Below are positions 13,140-26,040 of a DNA stretch of 64,000 nt, in pieces. The first letter of the stretch is position 1; each line of letters opens with the position of its first letter. Origin of the DNA: Octopus sinensis. Taxonomy: Eukaryota. Location of the stretch: the NCBI RefSeq assembly GCF_006345805.1, contig NC_043006.1:45198001-45262000 (forward strand), read 5' to 3'. A program made the position numbers and the translations under genes. A model generated the notes under the pieces. It was not told where the DNA came from. It did no database searches and saw nothing but the letters and a program-made list of their open reading frames with translations.

Positions 13140-13476
13140 CGAGCAAAACGCCCCCCGTCCAATGGACGGTGCTGAGTTGTCAAACATTTAAACCAAATTT
13201 TTTCAAAACAACTTGTCCGACCGTCCCACAGGCATCCCCTTTGAGAAACACTGATTTAACCTAAATTTGAGACACCAGCAAAAGAAGAAATAAAGATAGA
13301 CTTTTTTCTATTCCAAGGAAAAACGATTTTATTCACTTTATCGATCGCATTCTCACCTGGAACCGATTTTTGTAATTTTTTCAAATTTTTTCAAATTTGA
13401 GCGCAATCGGATGGAGGATGCCCGAGATCCTAGAAGACACACACACACACAGACAGAACGAATTTTATATAATAGA
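13140..13476 (-). mobile_element. Non-autonomous Helitron
   Basis: 5' A|TCTATTATATAAAA; subterminal hairpin ccgtccattggacgg; 3' CTCG|T. A second copy lies at 34118-34483. Confidence 0.75.
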
Positions 13477-14221
13477 TATCGCTTATTCTTTTGCCGGTTT
13501 CAGCTATATGGCTATGATGGAGCGTAGAGAGATTTGGCTGCTGTTTCTACCAGGTCTAGCTATAATATAAGTGTCTTCAACGTTGGACGGTAAAAGCATA
13601 TATAAGCACTAATTATATGATATGATACATATAAGCATACATAAAATAATATGATGTGATTTGAGGCAGATATGGCTGCTATTTCTTATTTCTTTATTGT
13701 CCACAAGGGGCTAAACATAGAGGGGACAAACAAGGACAGACAAACGGATTAAGCCGATTACATCGACCCCAGTGCGTAGTTGGTACTTAATTTATCGACC
13801 CCGAAAGGATGAAAGGCAAAGTCGACCTCGGCGACATAGAGGGTACAAACAAGGACAGACATAGGTATTAAGTCGATTACATCGACCCCAGAGCGAAACT
13901 GGTACTTATTTAATCGACCCCGAAAGGATGAAAGGCAAAGTTGACCTCGGCGGAATTTGAACTCAGAACGTAACGGCAGACGAAATACGGCTACGCATTT
14001 CGCCCGGCGTGCTAACGTTTCTGCCAGCTCGCCGCCTTTGACAGACGAAATACCGCTAGGCATTTCGCCCGACGTGATAACGTTTCTGCCAGCTCTCCGC
14101 TTATATGGCTGCTATTTCTAGCGGGTTGAAATACTTTGTTGGTGCTCCCTCGTTTTTGTACCCCTACCCATTTACTCTCAACATACATAACGTTTTGTCA
14201 ATACATGACGAGCTGAAAAGC

Positions 14222-14286
<65 letters not shown>

Positions 14287-15197
14287 TGTGTGGTGTGTGC
14301 GTGTGTGTGTGTTATCTGTAAAAAAAGGCGAGATGGAGGACCAAAAAATATTTTGGTTTATTTATTTATGTATTTGTTTATTTATTTATCTGTTCATTCA
14401 TACTCAAATGGAACGTACGATGTTCAAAACATCGAAATCTGATGACTGTTTTAAAAAGCTGCCATAGGAGATAGCGATGAAAATGTGAACATCCGTCGCT
14501 ATCATTCTACTTTCATCTCTCTCCAGCTATGTTCTTCTCTTCATGTGTGTCCCTTATTTTTCGCATCTCTCTGTTCCACAATTCCATAGATTGGCAGATA
14601 GAAGGAGAAAGAAAGCTGAAAGAGAGACTTAAGGAAGCAAAAAACAATTTGACATTCTCCAAATATATTTTCGAATTTTTCTTTCACTAGGCGTAGGAGT
14701 GGCTGTGTGGTAAGTAGCTTGGTTGCGAACTACATGGTTCCGGGTTCATTTGGGCAAGTGTCTTCAACTATAGCCTCGGGCCGACCAAAGCCTTATGAGT
14801 GGATTTGGTAGACGGAAACTGAAAGAAGCCCGTCGTATATATGTATATGTATATATGTATGTGTGTGTGCTTGTGTGTCTGTGTTTGTCCCCCAACATCG
14901 CTTGACAACTGATGCTGATGTGTTTACGTCCCATGATAGAATAAGTACTAGGCTTACAAAGAATAAGTCCTGGGGTCGATTTGCTCGACTAAAGGCGGTG
15001 CTCCAGCATGGCCACAGTCAAATGGCTGAAACAAGTAAAAGAGTAAAAGAGTAATAACCACTCTTATCTAACTTTATGTCTTTCTACTTCTTGCTAATAT
15101 CACTCCATTTCAGCTTTCTGTCTTTCTCCATCTTCTTTCGTTGGCAAACAGGATGGTGGTTAAGAAACTTGCTTTGTAACCACGCGGGTTCGGGTTC

Positions 15198-15297
15198 NNN
15201 NNNNNNNNNNNNNNNNNNNNNNNNNNNNNNNNNNNNNNNNNNNNNNNNNNNNNNNNNNNNNNNNNNNNNNNNNNNNNNNNNNNNNNNNNNNNNNNNN
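15198..15297. other. Assembly gap (100 N)
   Basis: Run of exactly 100 n. Confidence 1.
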
Positions 15298-15371
<74 letters not shown>

Positions 15372-15741
15372 AACCATTGAAAGCATTGCTGCAGATATAC
15401 CTTTCTTCCTTGTTTCTATATATTTTCTTATAACGTTTTCTTTCATAACATTTGTGTTTTAACGTTCATGTAACATCTTTTATCTTTTACGGTGGCATTT
15501 TTGAAACCATGGGAGACATTCGCTTATAAGTTTAGTTATTGGGGAGGGAAAAAAACTTACTGTTCGAGCCCAACGATATTTGATTTAAAAGAATCCCACA
15601 TGATGCAGAAATGATAAAAAGACAAGATATATAAGTAACAAAACTGAACCGAAGTTTTTACTTTCTTTATCCAATTCGAATTGGCGAAAGACAGATTTAG
15701 AACATAAGTCAGTGTGCACAAATAGCAAACAAAAGGTTATT

Positions 15742-15815
15742 TGGCCAGTATGGGGCTCGAACCCACGACATTCGCGTTATTAGCACGACGCTCTAACCAA
15801 CTGAGCTAACCGGCC
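15742..15815 (-). tRNA. tRNA-Ile(AAU): tRNA-Ile, anticodon AAU (copy 1)
   Basis: GGCCGGTTAGCTCAGTTGGTTAGAGCGTCGTGCTAATAACGCGAATGTCGTGGGTTCGAGCCCCATACTGGCCA, 74 nt. All four stems pair, A and B boxes are intact, and a TTTT run lies downstream. Confidence 0.96.
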
Positions 15816-16035
15816 AGATGATAAGTGTACGGTTAAAAATATTATACATATGACATCGTTTTGTTTGCATTGTTCAGATAAGACTGGAGCTTTGTAACTG
15901 GAAGACATTTTTCAGCGTACTGGATGAAGGATTTTTAAATGTCGATTTTTAAAAATGATTTGCCATACATTTTCGAACATTAAAATAAATATGTTTTGTT
16001 ATAAATCTCTCGTTAACTGATCTCTCTCTTCTCTC

Positions 16036-16073
<38 letters not shown>

Positions 16074-16454
16074 ATCTCTCTCTAAACCATTGAAAGCATT
16101 GCTGCAGATATACCTTTCTTCCTTGTTTCAATATATTTTTTATAACGTTTTCTTTCATAACATTTGTGGTTTTAACGTTCATGTAACATCTTTTATCTTT
16201 TACGGTGGCATTTTTGAAACCATGGGAGACATTCGCTTATAAGTTTAGTTATTGGGGAGGGAAAAAAACTTACTGTTCGAGCCCAACGATATTTGATTTA
16301 AAAGAATCCCACATGATGCAGAAATGATAAAAAGACAAGATATATAAATAACAAAACTGAACCGAAGTTTTTACTTTCTTTATCCAATTCGAATTGGCGA
16401 AAGACAGATTTAGAATATAAGTCAGTGTGCACAAATTGCAAACAAAAGGTTAGT

Positions 16455-16528
16455 TGGCCAGTATGGGGCTCGAACCCACGACATTCGCGTTATTAGCACG
16501 ACGCTCTAACCAACTGAGCTAACCGGCC
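16455..16528 (-). tRNA. tRNA-Ile(AAU): tRNA-Ile(AAU) (copy 2)
   Basis: Identical to copy 1. Confidence 0.96.
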
Positions 16529-16786
16529 AGATGATAAGCGAAAGGTAAAAATCTTATACATATGACATCTGTTTTGTTTGCATTTGTTCAGATAAGACTG
16601 GTGCCTTGTAACTGGAAGACGTTAATGGCCGTAGTTCAATGACGAAAAGAAATGAACCATAAAAAGATAAAATATATAAATAACAAAACTGAACCAAAGT
16701 TTTTTGTTTCCTTATCCAATTCGAATTGGCGAAAGACAGATTTAGAACATAAGTCAGTGTGCACAAATAGCAAACAAAAGGTTAGT

Positions 16787-16860
16787 TGGCCAGTATGGGG
16801 CTCGAACCCACGACATTCGCGTTATTAGCACGACGCTCTAACCAACTGAGCTAACCGGCC
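16787..16860 (-). tRNA. tRNA-Ile(AAU): tRNA-Ile(AAU) (copy 3)
   Basis: Identical to copy 1; lies in the shortened 332-bp unit. Confidence 0.96.
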
Positions 16861-17064
16861 AGATGATAAGTGTACGGTAAAAATATTATACATATGACAT
16901 CTGTTTTGTTTGCATTTGTTCAGATAAGACTGGAGCTTTGTAACTGGAAGACATTTTTCAGCTTTACTGGATGAAGGATTTTTAAATGTCGATTTTTAAA
17001 AATGATTTGCCATACATTTTTCGAACATTAAAATAAATATGTTTTGTTATAAATCTCTCGTTAA

Positions 17065-17097
<33 letters not shown>

Positions 17098-17468
17098 AAA
17101 CCATTGAAAGCATTGCTGCAGATATACCTTTCTTCCTTGTTTCAATATATTTTCTTATAACGTTTTCTTTCATAACATTTGTGTTTTAACGTTCATGTAA
17201 CATCTTTTATCTTTTACGGTGGCATTTTTGAAACCATGGGAGACATTCGCTTATAAGTTTAGTTATTGGGGAGGGAAAAAAACTTACTGTTCGAGCCCAA
17301 CGATATTTGATTTAAAAGAATCCCACATGATGCAGAAATGATAAAAAGACAAGATATATAAATAACAAAACTGAACCGAAGTTTTTACTTTCTTTATCCA
17401 ATTCGAATTGGCGAAAGACAGATTTAGAATATAAGTCAGTGTGCACAAATAGTAAACAAAAGGTTAGT

Positions 17469-17542
17469 TGGCCAGTATGGGGCTCGAACCCACGACATTC
17501 GCGTTATTAGCACGACGCTCTAACCAACTGAGCTAACCGGCC
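17469..17542 (-). tRNA. tRNA-Ile(AAU): tRNA-Ile(AAU) (copy 4)
   Basis: Identical to copy 1. Confidence 0.96.
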
Positions 17543-17760
17543 AGATGATAAGTGAATGCTAAAAATATTATACATATGACATCTGTTTTGCACTTGTTCA
17601 GATAAGACTGGTGCTTTGTCACTGGAAGACATTTTTCAGCTTTACTGGATGAAGGATTTTTAAATGTAGATTTTTAAAAATGATTTGCCATATATTTTTC
17701 GAACGTTAAAATAAATACGTTTTGTTATAAATCTCTCGTTAACTGATTTCTCTCTCTCTC

Positions 17761-17832
<72 letters not shown>

Positions 17833-17851
17833 TATCTCTCTCACTCTCTCT

Positions 17852-17945
<94 letters not shown>

Positions 17946-18545
17946 AAAGCACTGCTGCAGATATACCTGTCTTCCTTAGTCAATGCTGCTGTGTATACAT
18001 CCCCGTAACTTAGCGGTTCGGCAAAGGAGCCCGATAGAATAAGTACTAGGCTTACAAAGAATAAGTCCTGGGGTCGATTTACTCGACTAAAGGCGGTGCT
18101 CCAGCATCAAATTTATATTAATGGTATGTAGGTAATTTTAACTTGTATGTATCTGATATGCTTTTATGATTACTGTTGTATTGAATAATTATTGATAGAT
18201 CTAAATTAGCAGCAGTCTATGCAATTATCACCAACTCAAAATCTAGGTTACTTAAGGCGAGCCTGGTGGTGGTTTTGGGATCTTGTTGTTTGTAATTTTT
18301 GGTGAGCCATGGTGCAAGCAACAAGATGGTAAAATACCCTGCCATTAATTTGGTGTAAATGAGTAATATCAAATAATTAAATCACAAAATATATTTAAAT
18401 TAAACATGAAAAAAATTGAAATATTATCATCACTTACATGGAAAAATTGAAATATTATCTTTCAGTATTTTATAAGTTAAAATCTTAAATTACTAATTGA
18501 CACATTATTATCTTATAACAGCAATGCCAGGAAAAATCATGAATA

Positions 18546-19054
18546 ACATAGAAAAATGCAAGCATGAAAAATAATATTCTTAAGATTATAAACCTGGAAA
18601 AGTACAGGACAAGTTATTACACCTGGGAAAGTATAGGACAAGCTATTACTTCTAGTGAAGTAAAGAATAAGAAAATTTTTACTTAAAATATTGCGGCTAA
18701 AATTTAAATTTGAATATTAAAATTTGTTTTATTATAGTTTACAAATAACACTAATTAAAGTAGAATTTGGCTAATTTACTACCTTAAATACAGAAAAAAG
18801 TGACTAACTAGACAAACTTACAAATTAGCTGAACAGTTTTGTATAATAAATTTAAAAGATGAGAACTGTAAAGAGTGATAAATTAGAAGAACTGACATTC
18901 TTTGTTGCAATATATTAAGTATAAAGTTTCTTATTCTTTGCTTTATAGAAGTAAAAGCTTGTCCTATACTTTTCCCGGTGTAGTAACTTGTTCTATGCTT
19001 TTCCAGGTTTATAATCTTAAGAATATTACTTTTCGTGCTCGCATTTTTCCATGT
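18546..19054. repeat. Foldback: 109-bp inverted arms around a ~290-bp AT-rich spacer
   Basis: Arms 18546-18654 and 18946-19054, about 11 mismatches, mostly transitions. Confidence 0.85.
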
Positions 19055-21231
19055 AATAACTAAAATGATCATCCTATTGTGATTCAAGTATAGTTTTCAG
19101 ATCTAATTGGCCTGTTTTGCGTCATTTTCATATATTGTATGAGTGACAAACCCAAGTCGAATTGATTGAAGAATGTGATTAGAAATACGTACCGAGATAA
19201 GATTATTTACAAAAGATGCAAATTATTTTCTTTTATATAAATATAGAATGGCTGCTGTGATTTTGACAATTAAATCTAAACAAGTCGTAGCTGACATGCT
19301 TGAGCAAGTGTGTATGGCAGATAGCATGTACCATGCTTTTACTAATGCAGTTGCAAACAAACATATGCACCTTCTCTGCCCTCCTACCCTTAATCCAACG
19401 GAATATCGAGGCTGCACTAACCCTAGACCGGTACTCATCTTCAACGGAATAGACAGAAGAAACGTCTAATTAAGCGTTTTTCTCAAGGCCGCCCAGTTTA
19501 GGAATCGAGCCCACGACCTCATGACAGCGAGCTAAAACAAAGAAAAAGTAACCAGAGATTATCGCAATAAATATCTAAAATAAGACGGCATTTAATATAA
19601 TTCTTTCTAATTCCGCCGAGGTCGACTGTGCCTTTTATCCTTTCAGGGTCGATAAATTAAGTACCATTTGCTTACTGGAGTCGATCTAATCGACTGACTC
19701 CCTTCCGAAAAATTTCCGTTCTTTTTACTCTTTTCAAAATTTACTATTTTCAAAAATTTACTCTTTTCAAATATGTGGCAATGGAGTGACCAAGCAGAAA
19801 AAAAAACGAACGAATTTATTTGACAACCCAATAAAAGGCAATCCAGTTTACTCATTAGTTGAACATCTGTCCAGCTATTTCAATCTATTATTTGTTTATT
19901 ATTACCATCTTCATTCATCGGATTCACGTTTATCAGTAATTTAATATATAAAGATGAGATAAGTGATGAGATTCACTCAATTAATTAGTGGATCGTGCTA
20001 ATTATCCATAATTTGTGTATTTGGCCCATATGGTATCATTTATCATGAAGTAAACGTTTACGATTAGGGGGTGAATACCGCTGAGTAATATATTGTGATT
20101 ATTACTTTAACCAAACATGATTTCGTAAAGCATAAAACGTAATAAGATAATAAGTTCCGTTTGTTAGAACTCTGTGTTTATCTCGATAATAGTATAGGTT
20201 TGAGCCATGTGTAGCAAGCATGTTCACTCTTTACCTTTAGGTACCCACATTTTGGCTCATCTTGTGATGGTCGAGTCCTAGCTTTACGCGGGCTGTCCGC
20301 CCCTTCACGTGACAGACTAGCCAAGTGCACCAACATCAGTTATATAGGGGAAGCTTCCCCGCTAATTCCTCAATATGGTGGGTCGCCACGAGCGGGTTTG
20401 GATCTTTGACATGGGAGCAGTTTTATTCCGCTTTTCAGCTTCAGTGAGGAAAGAATTGTCAGGATAATTTCTTGTCGTTATGTTTTGTGTTTTTCCCGCG
20501 CACTTCAACATGAACAAGAAGCACGGTGAACGTATGTATTTTAATTGACAGAAATATCCATGTATACCAGTCACTGTATTTTCTTTTAGCAGCGAAATAA
20601 ATGTGGCAGTCAACTTTAACTTGTCTTCCTATTTCTTGATGTTCTTACCATGACTCTTATTAACACAGAAGACTGCAATATTACCAGGAGGGCCTTAGCC
20701 ACATGCATCTTTCAACCACGCTAAACATGTTTGACAACCATTCGGTATGGTTTTCTGGTAGTTTTTGTTTTTTAATACGTTATTTTGCTCTCCAAGTATA
20801 AAAGCCCATAGTTGACTTGATTTACTTCGGAGTTTCCGTGACTGAAGGGAAGATTTGGCAAGGTTAAAACATCGAAGATTTTGCCCTAATACTTGCACCA
20901 GAATATACTCTATTGAAGATACCCAGAGGTTAGATTGCCCTGTTAAACCAAGGAACGGAGGAAGTCTGCCCCCTCAAGTACAGGAACTATCCATTTGCGA
21001 TGTGGAGATCTTTTACTCTTTTGTCAAGGAAAGGGCTATTCTCAAGACTGGTCAGCTTGAAGCTGCTGTAGAAGATACCAACAGTGTCGCGCTGTGGGAT
21101 AGAACCAGAAGCAAAGGTTTTGCGAAACGAACTTCTTAACCATAGTCTTGCATGCGGCCACGTGCATTGCTGTTTGATTATATATACACTTCTCTTCCAA
21201 TTTATTTTTGCATCACTCCTTTTTCTCTCTT

Positions 21232-21278
<47 letters not shown>

Positions 21279-22002
21279 TACCTATCCCTCTTTCCCTCTC
21301 CCGTCTCACTCTCACTCTCTCACTCTCACCTTCTCCCTATCATCCTCTTTCTCTCTCTCTCTCTCTTTTTATACATACAAACACCTACATACACTTCTCC
21401 CACACTGTTTCTCTCTCTATCTACCTACCTATATGTGTATGTGTGTGTGCACGCCCGCGTGCGCACACACATATATATGCATACATGTATCTATCTATAT
21501 GTGTGTGTGTGTGAGTGTGTGTCTATCTCTGTCGAACGCCTCCTTACTTTATATATCTCCTTAAATCAGAAGAACTATATAATGGCTATATATTTTCGTG
21601 CCAAACGAAATGTCAAACCATTGCTGACATCTCTCACGACCTTCATTATTGTTTCAAAATGCTTCCTTTCTAATCACAGACCAAACTTTACTAGAATTCT
21701 GACTGCAACATCGACCAAACAGAAACAACTTACATTAGGATATTTTATTTATAATTTTTGTGCTTTTTGAAAGTTCTTTCCAATTCTCACAATCCTCATT
21801 TTACACATGACCAATGAGTTTATGTTTTTCAAACCGGAAGTAAGTGGATTTCTTCACGTTATGTGTTTTTCGTAGATTTCAAGACCACCTAAGGACATTT
21901 GATTAACGAAACACTAAAAAGAATGTCAATTTTTTATTTTTGCTCTATATCTTTTTGCATTTTTTTTTCATTTTATTATTATTTTCTTGATCTGCACTTA
22001 GT

Positions 22003-22055
<53 letters not shown>

Positions 22056-22390
22056 GTATGTATGTATATTTGCATGCGTGTATGTATATGTGTGTATATA
22101 TGTATATATATATATATGTGTGCACATATAAGTATATATATATAGACATATATTTATATATATATATATATACACACAAATACACATATTTGCATATATT
22201 TACATATATGTATGTATATATATATATATTATATATATATATGTGTGTGTGTGTATATATACATATATATATATATATGTGTGTGTGTGTATGTATATAT
22301 ATATATGTATGTATGTGTGTGTATGTACGAACGTATGTGTATGCACGTATATGTGTGTATGCATGTGTGTACACAGACATATATATATGC

Positions 22391-22439
<49 letters not shown>

Positions 22440-22440
22440 T

Positions 22441-22483
<43 letters not shown>

Positions 22484-24663
22484 AATTATAGTAGTTTTTA
22501 TGATAGTTACGTAATGTAGTAGCAGTTGTCATGATGATGGTGTTGGTAAATGTGATAAAATCGAGGATACTGCCGCAAGTGATGGTGGTGGTGGGGGTGG
22601 GGGTAATGGTAATGGTGGTGGTAGTGGTGTTAGTAGTGGTGGTGATTGTGGCTGAGATAATGTTGCTACGTGTAGAGACGCTGTTCACGAGGGTGTCTGT
22701 AACCCATGCAGCCACACGGACCAACGAAAAAGCTTGTGTATGATCGCTGCCAGCCAAATCTCTCAATCTGCAAGAAATAGCAGCTAAATCACCTTCAGAT
22801 TTCTAAACACCACCACACGCATATTCTTACATATACCCATCAAGGGCAATAACTCGGAATGACTTACCCGACGGTGTTTCATCCTTCATCCTGAAGAATT
22901 AATTACCCGTCATCTTAAGCATTCTTATTGATATTTATCTCCTCTGATATAATTGTATTTACATCTAGGATGCTTCATTAAAGTATTAACTAGTCCTCAG
23001 TACCATTCTGATATTTCGTTTTGTCGAAGCCGGACGAATAAAAACCAAAGTTGACCGCACCAGGATTTAAACTCGGAACGTAAAGGTCGTAGCTAAATAT
23101 TGAAGGTAGTTTTCCCACGATCAAATGACTCTGCCACAGCCTGAAACTGTGAAGCAATATCTCCAACCCCGCTAATCATCAGAGACATTCTGTCGATAAT
23201 CGACGATCGCCGTACTGTCCATATAAAAAGTTGTAAGTCATATGAAGAGTATTAAAATAGAATCGATAACCTCTAGTTGTTTCTCTTTTCAGCTGTTAAG
23301 GTTTAGATCCAGATATCTATGTCTAATTTCTATATATTAAGTTTAACCTCATCCCTGTCCCTTTTCTATTTTTTTCTCAACTGATGTCTAGTCTGATTTC
23401 TTGTACCACCAGACAACTATGAGTATTTATAATAGCGACTGAGTTTTGTCAATTCTTTGGACATGCCCAAGCCAGCAGAAGTTTCGTTGTGCCAACATCT
23501 CTTTTGTGCCAGTGGGTCTGGATTTTTGTAGTATGATGATGTTCCTGTATAATATTCATGATTGATCTCGGGTGTTTCATTGGGAACTCATGCAGTTTCT
23601 TTACTTGTTTGCGGTACATCATCTATGTCGTCGATCAGTATAGGAGTAAAGAAAATTACTGCTCTCTGTAATTTGTACTTCGTTTGGACTAACATTTTGC
23701 TCGCGGTTCCACAAGTGTTTTCTTAAACTGCCGAATGTCAGATTCTTCTTGCTCATACTGCGATCTAGTTGGTCACTTCGCCTGCTATAATTTCTGATTG
23801 TGTTGCTCAGGTTGGTTAAATGGTCTTCCTCTACATGTTCCCACCTTTGGATAAAGACGCGCTCGGGTTGTGCCACTAGTAAATAACTCCAATCTTTTGG
23901 AAGTTAAATCTCAGACAGACCTTTGTGACTGTGCCATCAAAAGGACTCACCAAGTTCTGTGACTGTGCTATCAAAAGGATCCACCAGGCTTTGAATATCC
24001 CCAACACTATTGTCAATTATTGTGCAGTCAATCTGAATTTAGCAGACCTTGATTGTGTATTCGGAACCTGAAAATATTTCTACCCAGATTGTTTGAATTG
24101 CTTTGACAGTGAAGCGATCGAGAAATTTGTCCGCAAACAATACAAGTTTTGATGTTTCATTGTTCATTTACCAAGCACATCTTTAGCTGACAATATACTG
24201 AGTGCGAATCGAAGACATTTAAGTAGATTGGTATCTGTTGATTGTTGTTACATTCCAATTACATTCTTACACCCCAAACTCCTACCGCCTGTTTAATAGA
24301 TTCCGTTGGTTTGGTCCTTATTTATTTCGAAACCACTGTGAAGGCTATTTTGATAGAAACATTTGGTGGTCTGTATTGGAATGTAGTCCTCTCACCGTCG
24401 TATAGTAAGTAGATCACTTATGTCCTGTGTAGTCAGGAGATGCCAATGCTTCGAACGCAGATGCATTTTGGTCACTTTGCATTCTTTCTTGTGATGGAGT
24501 AAGTAATGATTAGGCACTGCTCGGAGCTCAAAGTGAGGAATTCCCCAATCGATTTTTACATCTGCACACCATATTTATCAATAACACCAAACCATTTCTC
24601 TGCTTCTTGTTCACTGTGAACATGTAAATAATTACCGATTAATATGGGTTTGTCTCTCTAATG

Positions 24664-25370
24664 CAGTGTCTGCCAAACGGTGTTCCGCAGCAAAATGGTG
24701 TGCCGCGAGAGATTTCTGGAGTGTCGCGAAAAATATTTTCGGGAATTTCGGGAAACAACGATCCAGGAACATTCGCAAAATTCGAGCGTAAATAAATATT
24801 AATTGCATAAATCGTGAAATACGGTAAATATAAATTAATCACATTACACGACGAATAGCAGTTTTGCTACAATATATTAGATTTGTAGGGCGGCGAGCTG
24901 GCAGAAAAAACTCGCAACTTGATTGCTTCCCAGGTATTGAGGCTTTTCCAAACAAATTCAAAATGTTGTCAGAAGTGCAGAAGACAGTAGAAAACTTCTC
25001 TGTGTCATTTTCTAAGTATTTTCCATCGCTTGATTATCAAATGTACGGGTCATAAAGAAAATTTAATAGACTCGAAAAAGAATTCTGTGCACAAAGCCTC
25101 ATTTTCTGTGCTAGAATTATCAGAATTTTGGATTTCGCTTTGGAGCTAATATCTTCGATTAGCTACTACAGCTGTTAAATCTCTGTTACCCTTTGGATCA
25201 TCGTATCTTTACGGAAATGAATTATGGAAATGAATTATGGAAATGAATTTTTTAAAAAAGCAGGAACGATTACAGATGGTAGATGAAGAGTTACGTATTT
25301 GATAATCTAATTCAGAGCCACGTTTTGACAAAATTCTTTCTCAGAAGCAATTGTATCCTTCTCGCTAAAA
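24664..25370 (+). mobile_element. hAT (Buster/Charlie-like) transposon remnant
   Basis: Terminus cagtgtctgccaaacggtgttccgc. Degenerate C-terminal transposase: SEFW...AVKSLLPFGSSYL...EELR...EPRFDKILSQKQLYPSR*. Confidence 0.72.
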
Positions 25371-25404
25371 GCATTAGTATTGTATTATATTACCTACATA
25401 TATA

Positions 25405-26040
25405 TCTATACATATAAATTTCATATGGGCGATTCTATCTTGTCTTGGGATTTACGGTCAAACGGCTGGATGAAATTGCGCGAAAAATTACATAGATGTA
25501 TAGAATGATCCGGTAGTGATGCTGGGCTTTGTATTTTATTCATAGCTCCCATGGTTACCGAGATACTCTACTATAATGATACTCTTGTGTTTATGAATGA
25601 GAAAGGAAGGGGTGATAGACGAATAAGGAAGGAAGGGGTGATATCATACTTGGTAGTGGGATGATGAAAATTGTACGCTGAAAAAATAAATCAAACAGCG
25701 TTTCAACTCTGTGTGAATATATGTGTGTATATGTAAAAGGGAGTATATGAATGCGTGTGTGTGCGTGTGTGTGTATGTGTGTGTGTGCATCTGCGCGGAC
25801 AATGGAAGTGGGATGGTTCATCTTTGTTCGTTTAGTATTTGGGTTTATTTTTTGATTTGGTTGAATCCTGGTTGGGTTTTTTTTATTTGGTCAGTTATTT
25901 TTAGCGTTTTGACAGAAAAAAGTCATTCTAAAATTGTTTTTTTAACGCAAGCGTACCCAAACAAGTTGAATGCTTACACAGAGCAGGTTTCATAGCCACA
26001 TCATCCAAACTGAGCGGGTGAAACCGGGCTTAGCTGCTAG
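25405..26040 (+). mobile_element. Non-autonomous Helitron (second family)
   Basis: 5' a|tctatacatataaa; 3' GC-rich stem gcgggtgaaaccgggc followed by CTAG|T. Confidence 0.62.

Larger units (their letters stand above)
15298..17970. repeat. Tandem array of tRNA-Ile units, each with a (CT)n tract and conserved spacer
   Basis: tRNA start-to-start spacing is 713, 332 and 682 bp. Spacer 'aaaccattgaaagcattgctgcagatatacc...' recurs after each (CT)n. The array begins at the gap. Confidence 0.95.

Noticed and set aside
20280-20420. GC-rich structured patch, considered as an HDV-like ribozyme
   Set aside because: The P1/P3/L3 nested pseudoknot could not be built on either strand.
23400-24620. Unique-looking, coding-like composition on the minus strand (ORF 23619-23876)
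   Set aside because: All frames carry stops and I recognise no domain. It may be an old element but is unsupported.
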